A stretch of DNA of 54,969 nt, from assembly GCA_031364845.1 (NCBI GenBank), contig JANLWX010000181.1:1-54969 (forward strand), written 5' to 3'. This stretch comes from Candidatus Eiseniibacteriota bacterium. GTDB taxonomy: Bacteria > Eisenbacteria > RBG-16-71-46. Positions 39,301 through 46,177 of the stretch are shown piece by piece. Within the stretch, counting starts at the first letter, position 1. The number at the start of each line of letters is the position of its first letter. The translations under genes were made by a program, and so were the position numbers. Below the pieces are notes generated by a model. It saw only the letters and a list, made by a program, of their open reading frames with translations, had not been told where the DNA came from and did no database searches.

Positions 39301-40974
39301 GCCGTCGGGATCGCTGGAACCCGAACCGTTCATAAGAACGTTGAGCGGCGTGGTACCGCGCGTCGGACTGAGCACGAGCGACGCCACCGGGACCGAGCCC
39401 GCGGGGCGATATTCGTACGCGCCGATGTCGGAGTAGGACGGCGAGCCGGTGCCGGTGTTCGACACACCCGAAACGTCCTGACGAGCGAGTCCGTCGTGAT
39501 CGGTGGACGACCAGCCCGACTGCCCGCCGATCGCGGCGTCGACCAGCGGCGAACCCGCCATCGGCCGGAAGTTCGCCATGCTCGGGAAGATCCACTTGGG
39601 ATCGACTTGTTTCGAGTGCGAGTCCAGGCTCGGGAACGCCGCGCGATAGGCCGCGAGTGAGGCGTACTTCGTGGTGTTGATCTTGATCGGATCGACACCC
39701 GCGCCTGCCGGCGAGTTCCAGATGACGTTGTAGTCCGAGACGAAACCGGTCAGCGAGGCCGCATCGACCCACAGGTTCACTTCGTTCGAGGCGAGACCAT
39801 TGTCGACCGCGATGCAGTTCATCATCGTGCAGCCGCTGGAGCTGCCTTCGATCGAGAACCCATCTTTGAAGTTCATGTAAGCGATGTTGTTGAAGTGCTT
39901 CACGCCGGTGCTGGCGATATGGTCGTAGCCGTGATCGCCGTTCTCATAGCTGATGTTGTTCCGGCAAATGCCGTTGTGCGATCCGTTGTAGAACTGGATG
40001 CCCGAGTCCTGATTGTCGTGGCACTTGTTGTTCTCGACGGTGCAGCTCGTCGAAGCGTTGATGTTGATTCCGTTCGCGGCCCGCGCGGACGGACGCGCGT
40101 TGTTATAGGACTCGTTGCCGCGCACGATGGAGCTGTTGCTGCCGCCGGTGACGAAGATGCCGTGGTCGTTGTTGTCGCCGACGATGTTCTTGATCAGCTG
40201 GGTGCTGGTGGCGCCGTCGGCCTGGATGCCGAACTTGTTCGCGAACGTCACCGTGCAGTTCTGGACGATCACGCCGGTCGGCGACGGCGGAATCGAAACC
40301 GCCTTGTCGTCGGTCTGGGTCACCGTGAGTCCGTCGAGCGTGATGTAGCTCTGGCCGATCACCACGCCGTTCGCGCGATGGCCGACGCCGATCGCCTGCA
40401 ATCCCGGATTGCCTCCGCCGACGTTCACGTACAGACCAATGCCCGCGACGAAACGGTACGTGTTGGAGGGCAGAGACGAAGGCGCGCTCGCGGAACTCAC
40501 GAGGCGCGCGCCGTTCTTGAACACCTGACCCGGCGCCCAGTTCACGCTGGACGCGAGGTAGACGTTTCCGGCGATGTTCACCCACTTGTTCACGCCGGAG
40601 AAGTCGTCGCTACCGCTGATGATCACTCCCGGTGCGCTCGCCTGCATCACGATGCGGCTGCCCGAGCTTCCGGCCGCGGGGAACGTCACCGTCTCGCGAT
40701 AGACCGAGGGCTTCACGATGATCGTGTTGCCCGCCGTCGCGCGCGCAGTGACCGCCGCCTGGATCGTCTTGTAGGGAACCGACACCGAGCCCGAACCCGC
40801 ATCGGTCGCGCTGGGATTCGCGGCGTCGACGTAGTACGTCGCCGCGAATGCGGACGATGTGGAGAGAACGACCGCCATCGCGGCCCACGCCATCAAGCGT
40901 AGCCGGACAGCAACGGACCGCGCGGCCGTACGGACTCGCGGGGCCTTCGAAATGAAGACCGAGGAGAGCATCAT
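30322..40974 (-). CDS. Giant secreted beta-helix protein, paralog 5 (beta-helix, PKD, Ig, PKD, CBM, 17 Ig, PKD, CBM, 4 Ig, CBM, FlgD-like CTD)
   Basis: 3561-aa ORF; signal peptide ending SSAFA; 22 repeats of ~97 aa with DRAP/ASDPDGD/GTLTWTP motifs; start set at ATG 40974 (uncertain). Confidence 0.88.
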   Translation of the reverse strand: MMLSSVFISKAPRVRTAARSVAVRLRLMAWAAMAVVLSTSSAFAATYYVDAANPSATDAGSGSVSVPYKTIQAAVTARATAGNTIIVKPSVYRETVTFPAAGSSGSRIVMQASAPGVIISGSDDFSGVNKWVNIAGNVYLASSVNWAPGQVFKNGARLVSSASAPSSLPSNTYRFVAGIGLYVNVGGGNPGLQAIGVGHRANGVVIGQSYITLDGLTVTQTDDKAVSIPPSPTGVIVQNCTVTFANKFGIQADGATSTQLIKNIVGDNNDHGIFVTGGSNSSIVRGNESYNNARPSARAANGININASTSCTVENNKCHDNQDSGIQFYNGSHNGICRNNISYENGDHGYDHIASTGVKHFNNIAYMNFKDGFSIEGSSSGCTMMNCIAVDNGLASNEVNLWVDAASLTGFVSDYNVIWNSPAGAGVDPIKINTTKYASLAAYRAAFPSLDSHSKQVDPKWIFPSMANFRPMAGSPLVDAAIGGQSGWSSTDHDGLARQDVSGVSNTGTGSPSYSDIGAYEYRPAGSVPVASLVLSPTRGTTPLNVLMNGSGSSDPDGSIVAYWFNFGDGFSVGPQLSPTSSHIYPTGGTYTASLTVVDNLGQATVASKIDTVIQGDRPPVVVANPVTFTLDEGQVVQVVVSVSDPDGNPITSLSADLSLLPPGHNATFVTNGANTSGTLTWTPASGMSNVVPYDITFTASNALSGSTTSSITVTKPNLLPNAALSVTPRSGNAPLLVTANASSSSDPDGSIVSYQFDFGDGTIVGPQVSSSATHTYAVGTWPVQVIATDNRGGSSISPSITVQALGTGGNMVTNSSFETNLTGWSPTPSAGTTAATDTLVTGGQIGTKSVLSRGAATGTVMFGINDSPNVVTNSGPLGTLFHFEAWVRSDVHRGVARIRLREFSSANASLGTSYSNSVTLSTTWQKLFIDYTPLGVNSSIDFNVLDSPIVAGEKFNIDNVIVQQLAVSNPIVNGPASASGAEVSPISFVVTASDPDGQPIDSFVADMSALPAGHNAAFVPNGTKTSGTFTWTPTQNDARAAAYNVTFIATNAGGGGSTIVPVLVSNVDRAPTVTAAATASVTETQLLTFSITAADLDGDLISSLTADLSNLPVGNNAVFTPNATRTAGTLTWTPTVDDGPGSYDIVFTATNALSGTATTSVTVNQFDQTPIVAAPSSVDVLEGQLLSLDVSAADPDGQPITSLTANLTGLPAGHNAVFTPNGSNSGGTLTWTPAYSDSGTYSVTFTGANTLSGNASTSIHVTNVNRDPIVTVVPTATVNENALLSLAITASEPEGETIVSLTSSTLPPGAVFTPNGTNTGGSLVWTPTYADSGSYSVTFTATSSTSGAATTAITVVNIDRAPVITAPATVNVGENQPLTVSITIVDPDGDAITTLSANLNGLPGGNNASFTPGANNLTGTLTWTPLTNDGLNSPYTVNFLASNALNGNAGTSINVDRRPVVNVGASFSTNEGQQVSIPVTASDPDGQAITSLTANFTNLPAGHNAAFVPNGTNTGGTLTWTPSFNDAPSAYSITITATNVLSGSGTTSVSVNNVDRAPAVTAAATALAPESAPFALVITAADPDGDAITSLTADFSALPAGNNASFVANGTKTGGTLSWTPNPADAGPYAVTFTAANTLTGVASTTQISVDHRPVVTALTNASVNENQQLSIGVIATDPDGAPITSLTARLSGLPAGHNAVFTPNAELTGGTFTWTPTYSDAPGPYVVRFIATNTLTDSAATSVAVVNVDRAPVVVAPATKSIAENAALSFDVSASDADGDAITALSADLTGLPGGNNAVFTPNGTRTAGTLTWTPTPGEAPGPYSIIFTATNALSGKDTTVVTIDRHPVVAVLTNVSVDENQVLTVGVTASDPDGTPISSLTADLSGLPAGNGSFVPAVDNSGGTLTWTPNFSNAPGPYLVTFTAVSGAPALGAVAVGHEANVGGLSTSVTTTITVNNVDRAPVTTAQATALVAEGTQLSFVVTASDPDGDAITSLSLNTTGLPAGHNAVLTPAGNNLSGTFTWTPQAGDGLNSPYTVIFAAHNALSSTNKNTVITVDRAPVVTAAASTSVTENQQLSFSITAADPDPGQPIISLTANLTGLPAGHNAVFTPNANKTAGTLLWTPTFNDAPGPYTVSFTATNTLSGTSSTQITVNNSDRAPVVSVPALSPARVGTQLSVAVSASDPDGEAIGSLLANLTNLPAGNNASFTPNGTNTGGTLTWTPLLSEAPGPYSITFTAANALSGSGSTSVTINRPPVVTAAASTSINENLQLNFAITAADADNDAISSLTADLSALPGLNKSFTPNGTNTGGTLTFTPPYTAAPGPYSVTFTAVSGSPSQNGTATTSITVGNVDRAPVVTAPASVFTGPTAPLSMHVSVSDPDGEAITTLVANFSSLPAGNAAFVADGGNTGGTLTWTPQPGDAHGPFTVSFTATNALSGSASTSVTNDRAPVVTVNATATVNENQQLSLPVTASDPDGDAITSLTATLTGLPAGHNASFTPNGSNTGGTLTWTPTYADGNITPYSVTFTATNSQPGSASSAITVTNVDRAPVVTVTSTAGGNEATLISFTATAADPDGDAITSFTPTLTNLPAGHNATFVPNGSNTSGSFSWTPAAGTGRVAPYNVSFTAANALSGSASTAISINPPPVAALVASPSSGNVSVNAQLNAGGSTDNGSIASYTFNFGDGSPVVGPQASAITNHTYTAGNWTATVTVTDNLGATATATAAVTVSNAPSNLVGNPGFETNLTGWSPVGSATLTRVTGGRSGSFCMEVKAPSTSSYGVNDNPNWVASVPAIGTQYRLSAWVRSASHRGTIKLKVKEFVGSTQQGSTVYSPVLTLSATWQLLTVDYTSLRSGSTIDLEVAGYPVVTQEIFQVDDVSITRLNGTVDNPPVVIAPATASVNENGLLTVNVTASDAEAITSLTANVTGLPAGHNAVFTPNGTKTAGTLTWTPTFSDGRVNPYSVTFTAANALSGSASTSITVNNVDRAPVVTAGATAAAQKNVQMSLVITAADPDGDAITTLAANLTNLPAGNNAVFTPNASKTSGTLTWTPQNADGPGPYNVTFTATNTLSGQGTTAIAVTNPPVVTAPATATVNENQQLSIVVNASDPDSDPITSLTANVTGLPAGHNATFVANAAKTQGTLTWTPTFSHGRVAPYTVTFTAANAASGSASTAITVTNVDRVPVVTAAATASGNEGSVITVAITAADPDSDAITTLVASFVNLPAGHNATFVANGTKTGGTLTWTPTSADGRVAPYNVTFTATNALSGSATTAITVVDVPAGGSNLVGNPGFETNLTGWAGTGSATLTRVAGGRTGSFCMEVKAPSTSSYGVNDNPNWVASVPAIGTKYRVSAWIRSAVHRGTTKLKVKEFVGTTQQGSTIYSPVITLSATWQLLTVDYTSVRAGSTIDIEVAGYPVVTQEIFQLDDVSITVVTNSAQPLAQTPADVMDQGALAFGVTMMNPVHASGVMNFTLTKAGPVRVELFDLAGRVVSRPLDEPSMSIGRHQLAIRSKDGAQQMPAGAYFYRLSAAEGVKIGRFVVLE
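33030..38070 (-). repeat. Tandem array of 17 cadherin-like/He_PIG-like Ig repeats (~295 nt each) in paralog 5
   Basis: Recurring DNA motif cgtccacgtcagcgtgcc (GTLTWT) and protein consensus DRAPVV..A.DPDGD.ITSLTA.LS.LPAGHNA.F..N...T.GTLTWTP. Confidence 0.9.
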
Positions 40975-41369
40975 GTTTGGTAACCCCGTGAAAGGATGAA
41001 GGAGCACAGGAGCGAATGGTCACCAATCGTGTCGCCGTTTCGAACAGGCTGAGTAAACGGAACACGACTCTAGGCGGGGACGAGTTTAATACAGCGGTGC
41101 CGAAGAATGAACAACAAAGTTTCGTTTGGACCGCGTCTTTATTGGGCGAAGTGCGCTTTCACCCCCAGCGGATGGGTTTGCTGACCCCAATAATTTCGTC
41201 AGGTTTTCCGACGGTTGCTGTGGGGCAACGTCTTGAAGGTCCGGCGAACGCGCCTCGTAAGGGGACTCGCGCTCCCGACCATGGAAGGGCCGCGAAAAAA
41301 AATACGCGCGTGGCCGCGATTCGGATCGGCGGGGGTGAAACGAAGGGCCGCGGGGCCGCGACCTCCGGA

Positions 41370-42290
41370 CTAGAAGATGCGCTTGCCCATCAGGCTCTGA
41401 GCGAGCTCGGCGGCGAGGATGCCGGTCATGTTCTGCGTATCGAGGACCGGGTTCACTTCGACCAGATCGATCGCAACGATCTGAGCACGGTCGCTGAGCA
41501 GCTCCATCGCCAGATGAGCCTCGCGATACGTGATGCCGCCCCACACCGGAGTTCCGGTTCCCGGCGCATCCTCGGGGTCCACGACATCGAGATCGAACGA
41601 GAGATGGACCCCCGCGGTCCCGTCGCTCGCGACCCGGATCGCCTCGTCCACGACGTCACGCATGCCGCGCTCGTCGAGGTCTCTCATGGTGTAGACGGTG
41701 ACGCCGCTCTTCTTCAAGATGTCGCGCTCCCCGGCATCGATATCCCGGATGCCGATCAGCACGGTGTTGCGGGCCAGCACTTTGGGAGAGCGACCCCCGA
41801 GATTGACGAGGGCCGGGTCGCCGATCCCGAGAGAAACGGCCAGCGACATCCCGTGGATGTTGCCGGACGGCGTCGATTCGGGGGTGTTGGCATCCCCGTG
41901 GGCGTCGAACCAGATCAGCCCGAGCGTTTCCTTGCGGGTGGCGAAATATCCGGTCGAGCCGGCCACCGAGCCGATAGCAATACTGTGGTCGCCCCCGAGG
42001 ACCAGCGGGAGCCGCCCCTTCTTGAGGCTCGCGTGGACCGCCTTGCGCAGGTCGTCGCACGCCGCCAGAATCGGCGCCTTGTAACGAAGTTTGCCTTCAC
42101 CGACCTTCTGGGTCTCGGGAATCATGACGTCCAGGTCCCCGATGTCGAGGACCTTGTGGCCGAGGGCTTCGAGGCGGGCCTCGAGGTCGGCAACGCGGAT
42201 CGCCGAGGGACCCATGTCGACACCTCGGCGACCGGCGCCGAGGTCGACAGGGACGCCGATCACATCTATGGAGCGCTTTTTAGTGGTCAT
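41370..42290 (-). CDS. rocF: Arginase
   Basis: GAGRRGVDMGP, LGGDHS, WFDAHGDANTP..TPSGNIHGM, SFDLDVVDP..APGTGTP, EVNP. Confidence 0.95.
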   Translation of the reverse strand: MTTKKRSIDVIGVPVDLGAGRRGVDMGPSAIRVADLEARLEALGHKVLDIGDLDVMIPETQKVGEGKLRYKAPILAACDDLRKAVHASLKKGRLPLVLGGDHSIAIGSVAGSTGYFATRKETLGLIWFDAHGDANTPESTPSGNIHGMSLAVSLGIGDPALVNLGGRSPKVLARNTVLIGIRDIDAGERDILKKSGVTVYTMRDLDERGMRDVVDEAIRVASDGTAGVHLSFDLDVVDPEDAPGTGTPVWGGITYREAHLAMELLSDRAQIVAIDLVEVNPVLDTQNMTGILAAELAQSLMGKRIF

Positions 42291-42356
42291 GAGCGGGACA
42301 CTCTATCAGCGGCATAAGGGGGGCGCCACCGTGCGCGCGGCCACCCCGGACTTCCC

Positions 42357-42995
42357 ATGTCCGCGATGATGGCGGCCCGGTTGGGGGTGATCGCCGTCCT
42401 CCTGCTGGCGGTCAGGGACACCCCGGCGACCGAAAACGCGAGCCGGGGCGAAGGTGCCCGCGGGCGCGTCCTGTTTCGCGACGACTTCTCCAATGGGGCC
42501 GGCCCGGGGTGGAGTTACGACCGCACCGGCGTGTGGACGGTCGAAGACGGGCACCTGCGGGCCGAACTTCCGGCCGAGAAGCAGCAGCGCTCGTTCGCGT
42601 TTGCCGGCTCGGAGGAGTGGTCCGACTACGTGGTCGACCTCGACGTGTGCGGGGTGAAGGGCGCCGACAAGGGGATTGCGGTCCGGGTGGCCGGCGAGAA
42701 GAAGGGCGTCGGGTTCGACCTGCGCGGCGGGCGTTATAACGATCTGCTGATGTACCGCGGCTTCGAACACTGGGACAAGGCGGAAGTCCCGAACGTGAAC
42801 GGCACCTGGTACCACCTGCGGATCGAAGCGCGCAAGAACCGTTACCGCGTGTCCGTCGACGGCAAACTCGCGATCGACTTCACCGACGAGTCCAACACCC
42901 GCCCGCGCGGCCGCATCGCGCTCGCCGCCTACACCGGCGGCATCGGGGCGTGCACGGTGCTGTACGACAACGTCGAGGTGCGGGCACTGAAGTAG
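42357..42995 (+). CDS. Exported DUF1080 (3-keto-disaccharide hydrolase/ConA-like) domain protein
   Basis: LFRDDFS..W..WTVEDG..WSDYVV..WYHLRIE..VSVDGK..GRIAL..YDNVEV pattern; signal peptide. Confidence 0.75.
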   Translation: MSAMMAARLGVIAVLLLAVRDTPATENASRGEGARGRVLFRDDFSNGAGPGWSYDRTGVWTVEDGHLRAELPAEKQQRSFAFAGSEEWSDYVVDLDVCGVKGADKGIAVRVAGEKKGVGFDLRGGRYNDLLMYRGFEHWDKAEVPNVNGTWYHLRIEARKNRYRVSVDGKLAIDFTDESNTRPRGRIALAAYTGGIGACTVLYDNVEVRALK

Positions 42996-43023
42996 GCGCT
43001 TGCTCGCGCGGCCGGCTTCTCCC

Positions 43024-43443
43024 CTACGCGCGCTTGCGCTTCCACAGGCCGCCGATCAACCCGTCACACGAGTAGCGTCCCGGCCCCGTGAACAGAAGTG
43101 CGGTGGCGGCGACACCGAACACGATCGCCAGTTCCTTCTTGGAGAACGGATCGGCCGCGTGCTGCACGAACACCGCGACCAGCGTGAAGATGATGATCGG
43201 CACGCAGGCGAGCCGCGTGAGGAATCCGAGCCCCACCAGCACGGCGCACACGACCTCGGCGAACACGACCAGCGTGAGGCTCGTCGCACTCCCGAGCCCG
43301 ATCGGATCGGCGAAGGTCTGCGAGCGCGCCGCGAAATTCGCGAGCTTGGGCCAGCCATGGGCGAAGAACAGCAGAGAAGCGACTCCGAGTCGCAGAATCA
43401 GCAGGCCGATCGAGGTGTTGCGGTCCTGGTTGGTGCCCAGCAT
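43024..43443 (-). CDS. DoxX family membrane protein
   Basis: GLLILRLG..HGWPKL..FADPIGLG..AEVVC..GFLTR..H..KELA..GPGRYS. Confidence 0.9.
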   Translation of the reverse strand: MLGTNQDRNTSIGLLILRLGVASLLFFAHGWPKLANFAARSQTFADPIGLGSATSLTLVVFAEVVCAVLVGLGFLTRLACVPIIIFTLVAVFVQHAADPFSKKELAIVFGVAATALLFTGPGRYSCDGLIGGLWKRKRA

Positions 43444-43567
43444 TTATTCCTCCTCCGGCAGGCTGATGAAAGACCCGAGTGCAAGGCGCGAGGGAGACGA
43501 CGAGCGAGACGTGTCCGCAGGACACTTCGCAGCGAGGAGCGACCGAGCAACGCAGCAATCGGGTTTT

Positions 43568-45934
43568 TCATCTGCCTGCCGCGCGGCGCTCTCCCAGCAA
43601 TCGCAACCCATTTAGAATAACAATGACCGTGCTGCCTTCGTGCCCCGACACGGCGACCGGCAGCTTGAGCGCTCCGAGCGGCGTGTACTGCCCGAGGAAC
43701 ACCATCGCCACCAGCACCGCCATCACGCCGACGGCGATCACGAGATTCTGGCGCACGATTGCGCGCGCCTTGCGGCTCAGCCGGATCGCGTACGGGAGTG
43801 CCGTGAGATCATCGCCCATCAGCACGACGTCCGCGCTCTCCATCGCCGCGTCGCTGCCGATGCCGCCCATCGCGATGCCGACGCTCGCGCGCGCGAGCGC
43901 GGGCGCGTCGTTCACGCCGTCGCCGACCATGGCGACCGCGCCGAATTGCTTCTCGAGATCCGCGATCACCTGAACCTTGCCCTCGGGCAGCAGCGCACCG
44001 TGGTGCGCATCGACGCTCGTGCGCCGCGCGATCGCCTCGACCGTGTGCACGCTGTCGCCGGAGAGGACGACGATCTTTGAGATCCCCTCCTGCTTGAGCT
44101 GGGCGACCACATTGGCCGACGAGGGCCGCAGCTTGTCGGCCGCCGCGATCACGCCCCACTCGCTGCCGCGGCGCACGATCATCGCGGTGCGCGCCTCGCG
44201 GTTGAGCCGCTCGCGGTGTTCGAGGGCTGCGGCCGGCACTTGCACGCCGAGCTGCTCGAACAACTCCGGCGTTCCGATCTCCACACTGGTACCGCCGACC
44301 TGGGCGACCAGACCCTTGCCGAGATGCGAGACCAACTGCTCGGCCGGGGCGAACACGATGCCGCGCTCGTCCGCGGCGCGCACCACCGCCTGAGCCAGCG
44401 GATGCTGCGAGCGCTTCTCAGCACTCGCCGCCCACCCGAGCACGTCGCGCTCGTTCAAGCTGCCGATCGGAACGATGTCGGTCACTTCGAAGCGTCCGTG
44501 CGTGAGCGTGCCCGTCTTGTCGAACGCCAGCGCCTTCACACGCCCGAGTGCTTCGATGAAGCGGCCGCCCTTGAACAGCACGCCGTTGCGCGCGGCGTTG
44601 GCGATCGCCGACAGGATCGTCGCCGGAGTGGCGATCACGAGCGCGCACGGCGAGGCGACGACCAGCAGCGTCATCGCGCGATAGAACGAGGCCGAGAACT
44701 CGTGCCCCAGGACGAACGGCGGGATCACGATCATCAGCCCGGCCGCGATCATCACCGCAACCGTGTAGTAGCGACCGACCCATTCGGCAACTTCCTCGGT
44801 CTGCGACTTCTGCTCCTGCGCCTCCTGTACCAGCTTCACGATGCGCGCGAGGGCCGTGTCCTCCGCCATGCGCGTCGAGCGCACTTCGATCGCACCCTGC
44901 TGGTTCAGCGTGGCCGCGAACACGCGGTCGCCGACTTCCTTGGAGACCGGCACCGATTCGCCCGTGAGATGGCTCTGATCGACCAGCGAGGCACCCGTGA
45001 CCACGACGCCATCGACCGGAATCGCCTCGCCCGGTTTCACGATCACGCGCTCACCGACCTCGACCGACTCGGCCTCGACTTCGATCTCGCGCCCGCCGCG
45101 CACCACGAGCGCCCGCGACGGCCGCAACTTGAGCAGCGCATGCAGCGCGCGGCGCGTGCGGCCCATCGTGTAGACCTCGAGCGTGTTGCTGAGCGAGAAC
45201 AGGAACATCAGCGTGGCGGCTTCGAAGATGTAGCCGATCCAGCCCGCGCCCGCGGCCGCGAGCAACATGAGCAGGTTCACATCGAAGCGGAACTTCGCGA
45301 GCGACTTCGCCGTCGAGCGCAGCGCGAACCAGCTGCCCGCGAGTGCCGACGCGATGAACGCTCCGGTATGCCACGCCGCCGGCAGCCCCGCCCGCTCGAG
45401 CGCCATGCCGATCAACAGCAGACCGAGGCACAGCCCGGTGAGCGTCACCATCGCGCGATTCTTGGCGAGGTGCGCCTGCTCCGCGTGCGACATGCGCGCA
45501 CCCCACGGCTTGCGCGTGCCGAACGGACGCACGAGCTCCGCACTGTCCGCGGGGACCGTTCGGCGCGTGACCCCGATTCGGCCTTCGGTCGCGATCGGAA
45601 GGATGTGCGAGGCGACCGCGTCCGGTACGCGCCCGATGCGAAGCGCGCACTCCTCGCACGAGCCCGCGACCTCGCGGCGCTCGCAATGCGTCACGCGCTG
45701 CGCGAACAGCGCGCCGACTTCTTCGGCGAGCTGATTGAGCTCTTCGGTCGAGACGTGCGCCGGCTGATAGCGCACGATCAGCTGCCGCTCGCGGAAGTCG
45801 GCCTCGATCGCGACGATGCCCGGGCTCATGCGCAGGCGGTCGGACAGGATCTCGAGGCAGCCCTCGCCCTGCGGAACCGCGAAGTGCTCGGAGTGCTCGG
45901 GCTCGACGCCCGTGGCGGGAGAGTTGGAGGTCAT
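43568..45934 (-). CDS. Heavy-metal P1B-type ATPase (P1B-4-like: SPC and HEGST motifs)
   Basis: [33 protein letters not shown]; start set at ATG 45934. Confidence 0.93.
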   Translation of the reverse strand: MTSNSPATGVEPEHSEHFAVPQGEGCLEILSDRLRMSPGIVAIEADFRERQLIVRYQPAHVSTEELNQLAEEVGALFAQRVTHCERREVAGSCEECALRIGRVPDAVASHILPIATEGRIGVTRRTVPADSAELVRPFGTRKPWGARMSHAEQAHLAKNRAMVTLTGLCLGLLLIGMALERAGLPAAWHTGAFIASALAGSWFALRSTAKSLAKFRFDVNLLMLLAAAGAGWIGYIFEAATLMFLFSLSNTLEVYTMGRTRRALHALLKLRPSRALVVRGGREIEVEAESVEVGERVIVKPGEAIPVDGVVVTGASLVDQSHLTGESVPVSKEVGDRVFAATLNQQGAIEVRSTRMAEDTALARIVKLVQEAQEQKSQTEEVAEWVGRYYTVAVMIAAGLMIVIPPFVLGHEFSASFYRAMTLLVVASPCALVIATPATILSAIANAARNGVLFKGGRFIEALGRVKALAFDKTGTLTHGRFEVTDIVPIGSLNERDVLGWAASAEKRSQHPLAQAVVRAADERGIVFAPAEQLVSHLGKGLVAQVGGTSVEIGTPELFEQLGVQVPAAALEHRERLNREARTAMIVRRGSEWGVIAAADKLRPSSANVVAQLKQEGISKIVVLSGDSVHTVEAIARRTSVDAHHGALLPEGKVQVIADLEKQFGAVAMVGDGVNDAPALARASVGIAMGGIGSDAAMESADVVLMGDDLTALPYAIRLSRKARAIVRQNLVIAVGVMAVLVAMVFLGQYTPLGALKLPVAVSGHEGSTVIVILNGLRLLGERRAAGR

Positions 45935-46017
45935 GGGGGCGACCTTAGCACAGGGGTTCGCGAAGACGGTTTGAGTCGGGAACCGAGGCAATTCGCCGGC
46001 GACTCCGTGATGCTCCG

Positions 46018-46119
46018 GGTGGAAACGATGCGGGCAAGTGCGCCCCTGGCCCCGAGCCCGACGAGTGCCCGTAGAACCGGAAGGTCGTGGGCGGGAGCGG
46101 CACCCACGACCCTCCACCA
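46018..46119 (+). ncRNA. Candidate unassigned structured RNA ending in CCA
   Basis: Closing stem GGTGGA/TCCACC, two internal hairpins (8 and 9 bp) with partly complementary loops; no family recognised. Confidence 0.3.
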
Positions 46120-46177
46120 GATCCCTGTGCGAGGACTACGCTGCAGGGCCCCATCGATCGGTCGCGACTTTTGCCAG

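Noticed and set aside
23774..40974. Regularly spaced DNA repeats as a possible CRISPR array
   Set aside because: Degenerate ~295-nt coding repeats; no identical short repeats with unique spacers and no cas genes.
41139..41200. Possible c-di-GMP-I or c-di-AMP riboswitch (GCAAACC, GGGGTGAA fragments)
   Set aside because: The remaining conserved elements of either family could not be found.
46079..46119. tRNA/tmRNA 3' end or SRP RNA (CCGGAAGG, ...CTCCACCA)
   Set aside because: No GTTCRA T-loop or cloverleaf and no CAGG...AGCAG SRP internal loop; kept only as an unassigned RNA candidate.
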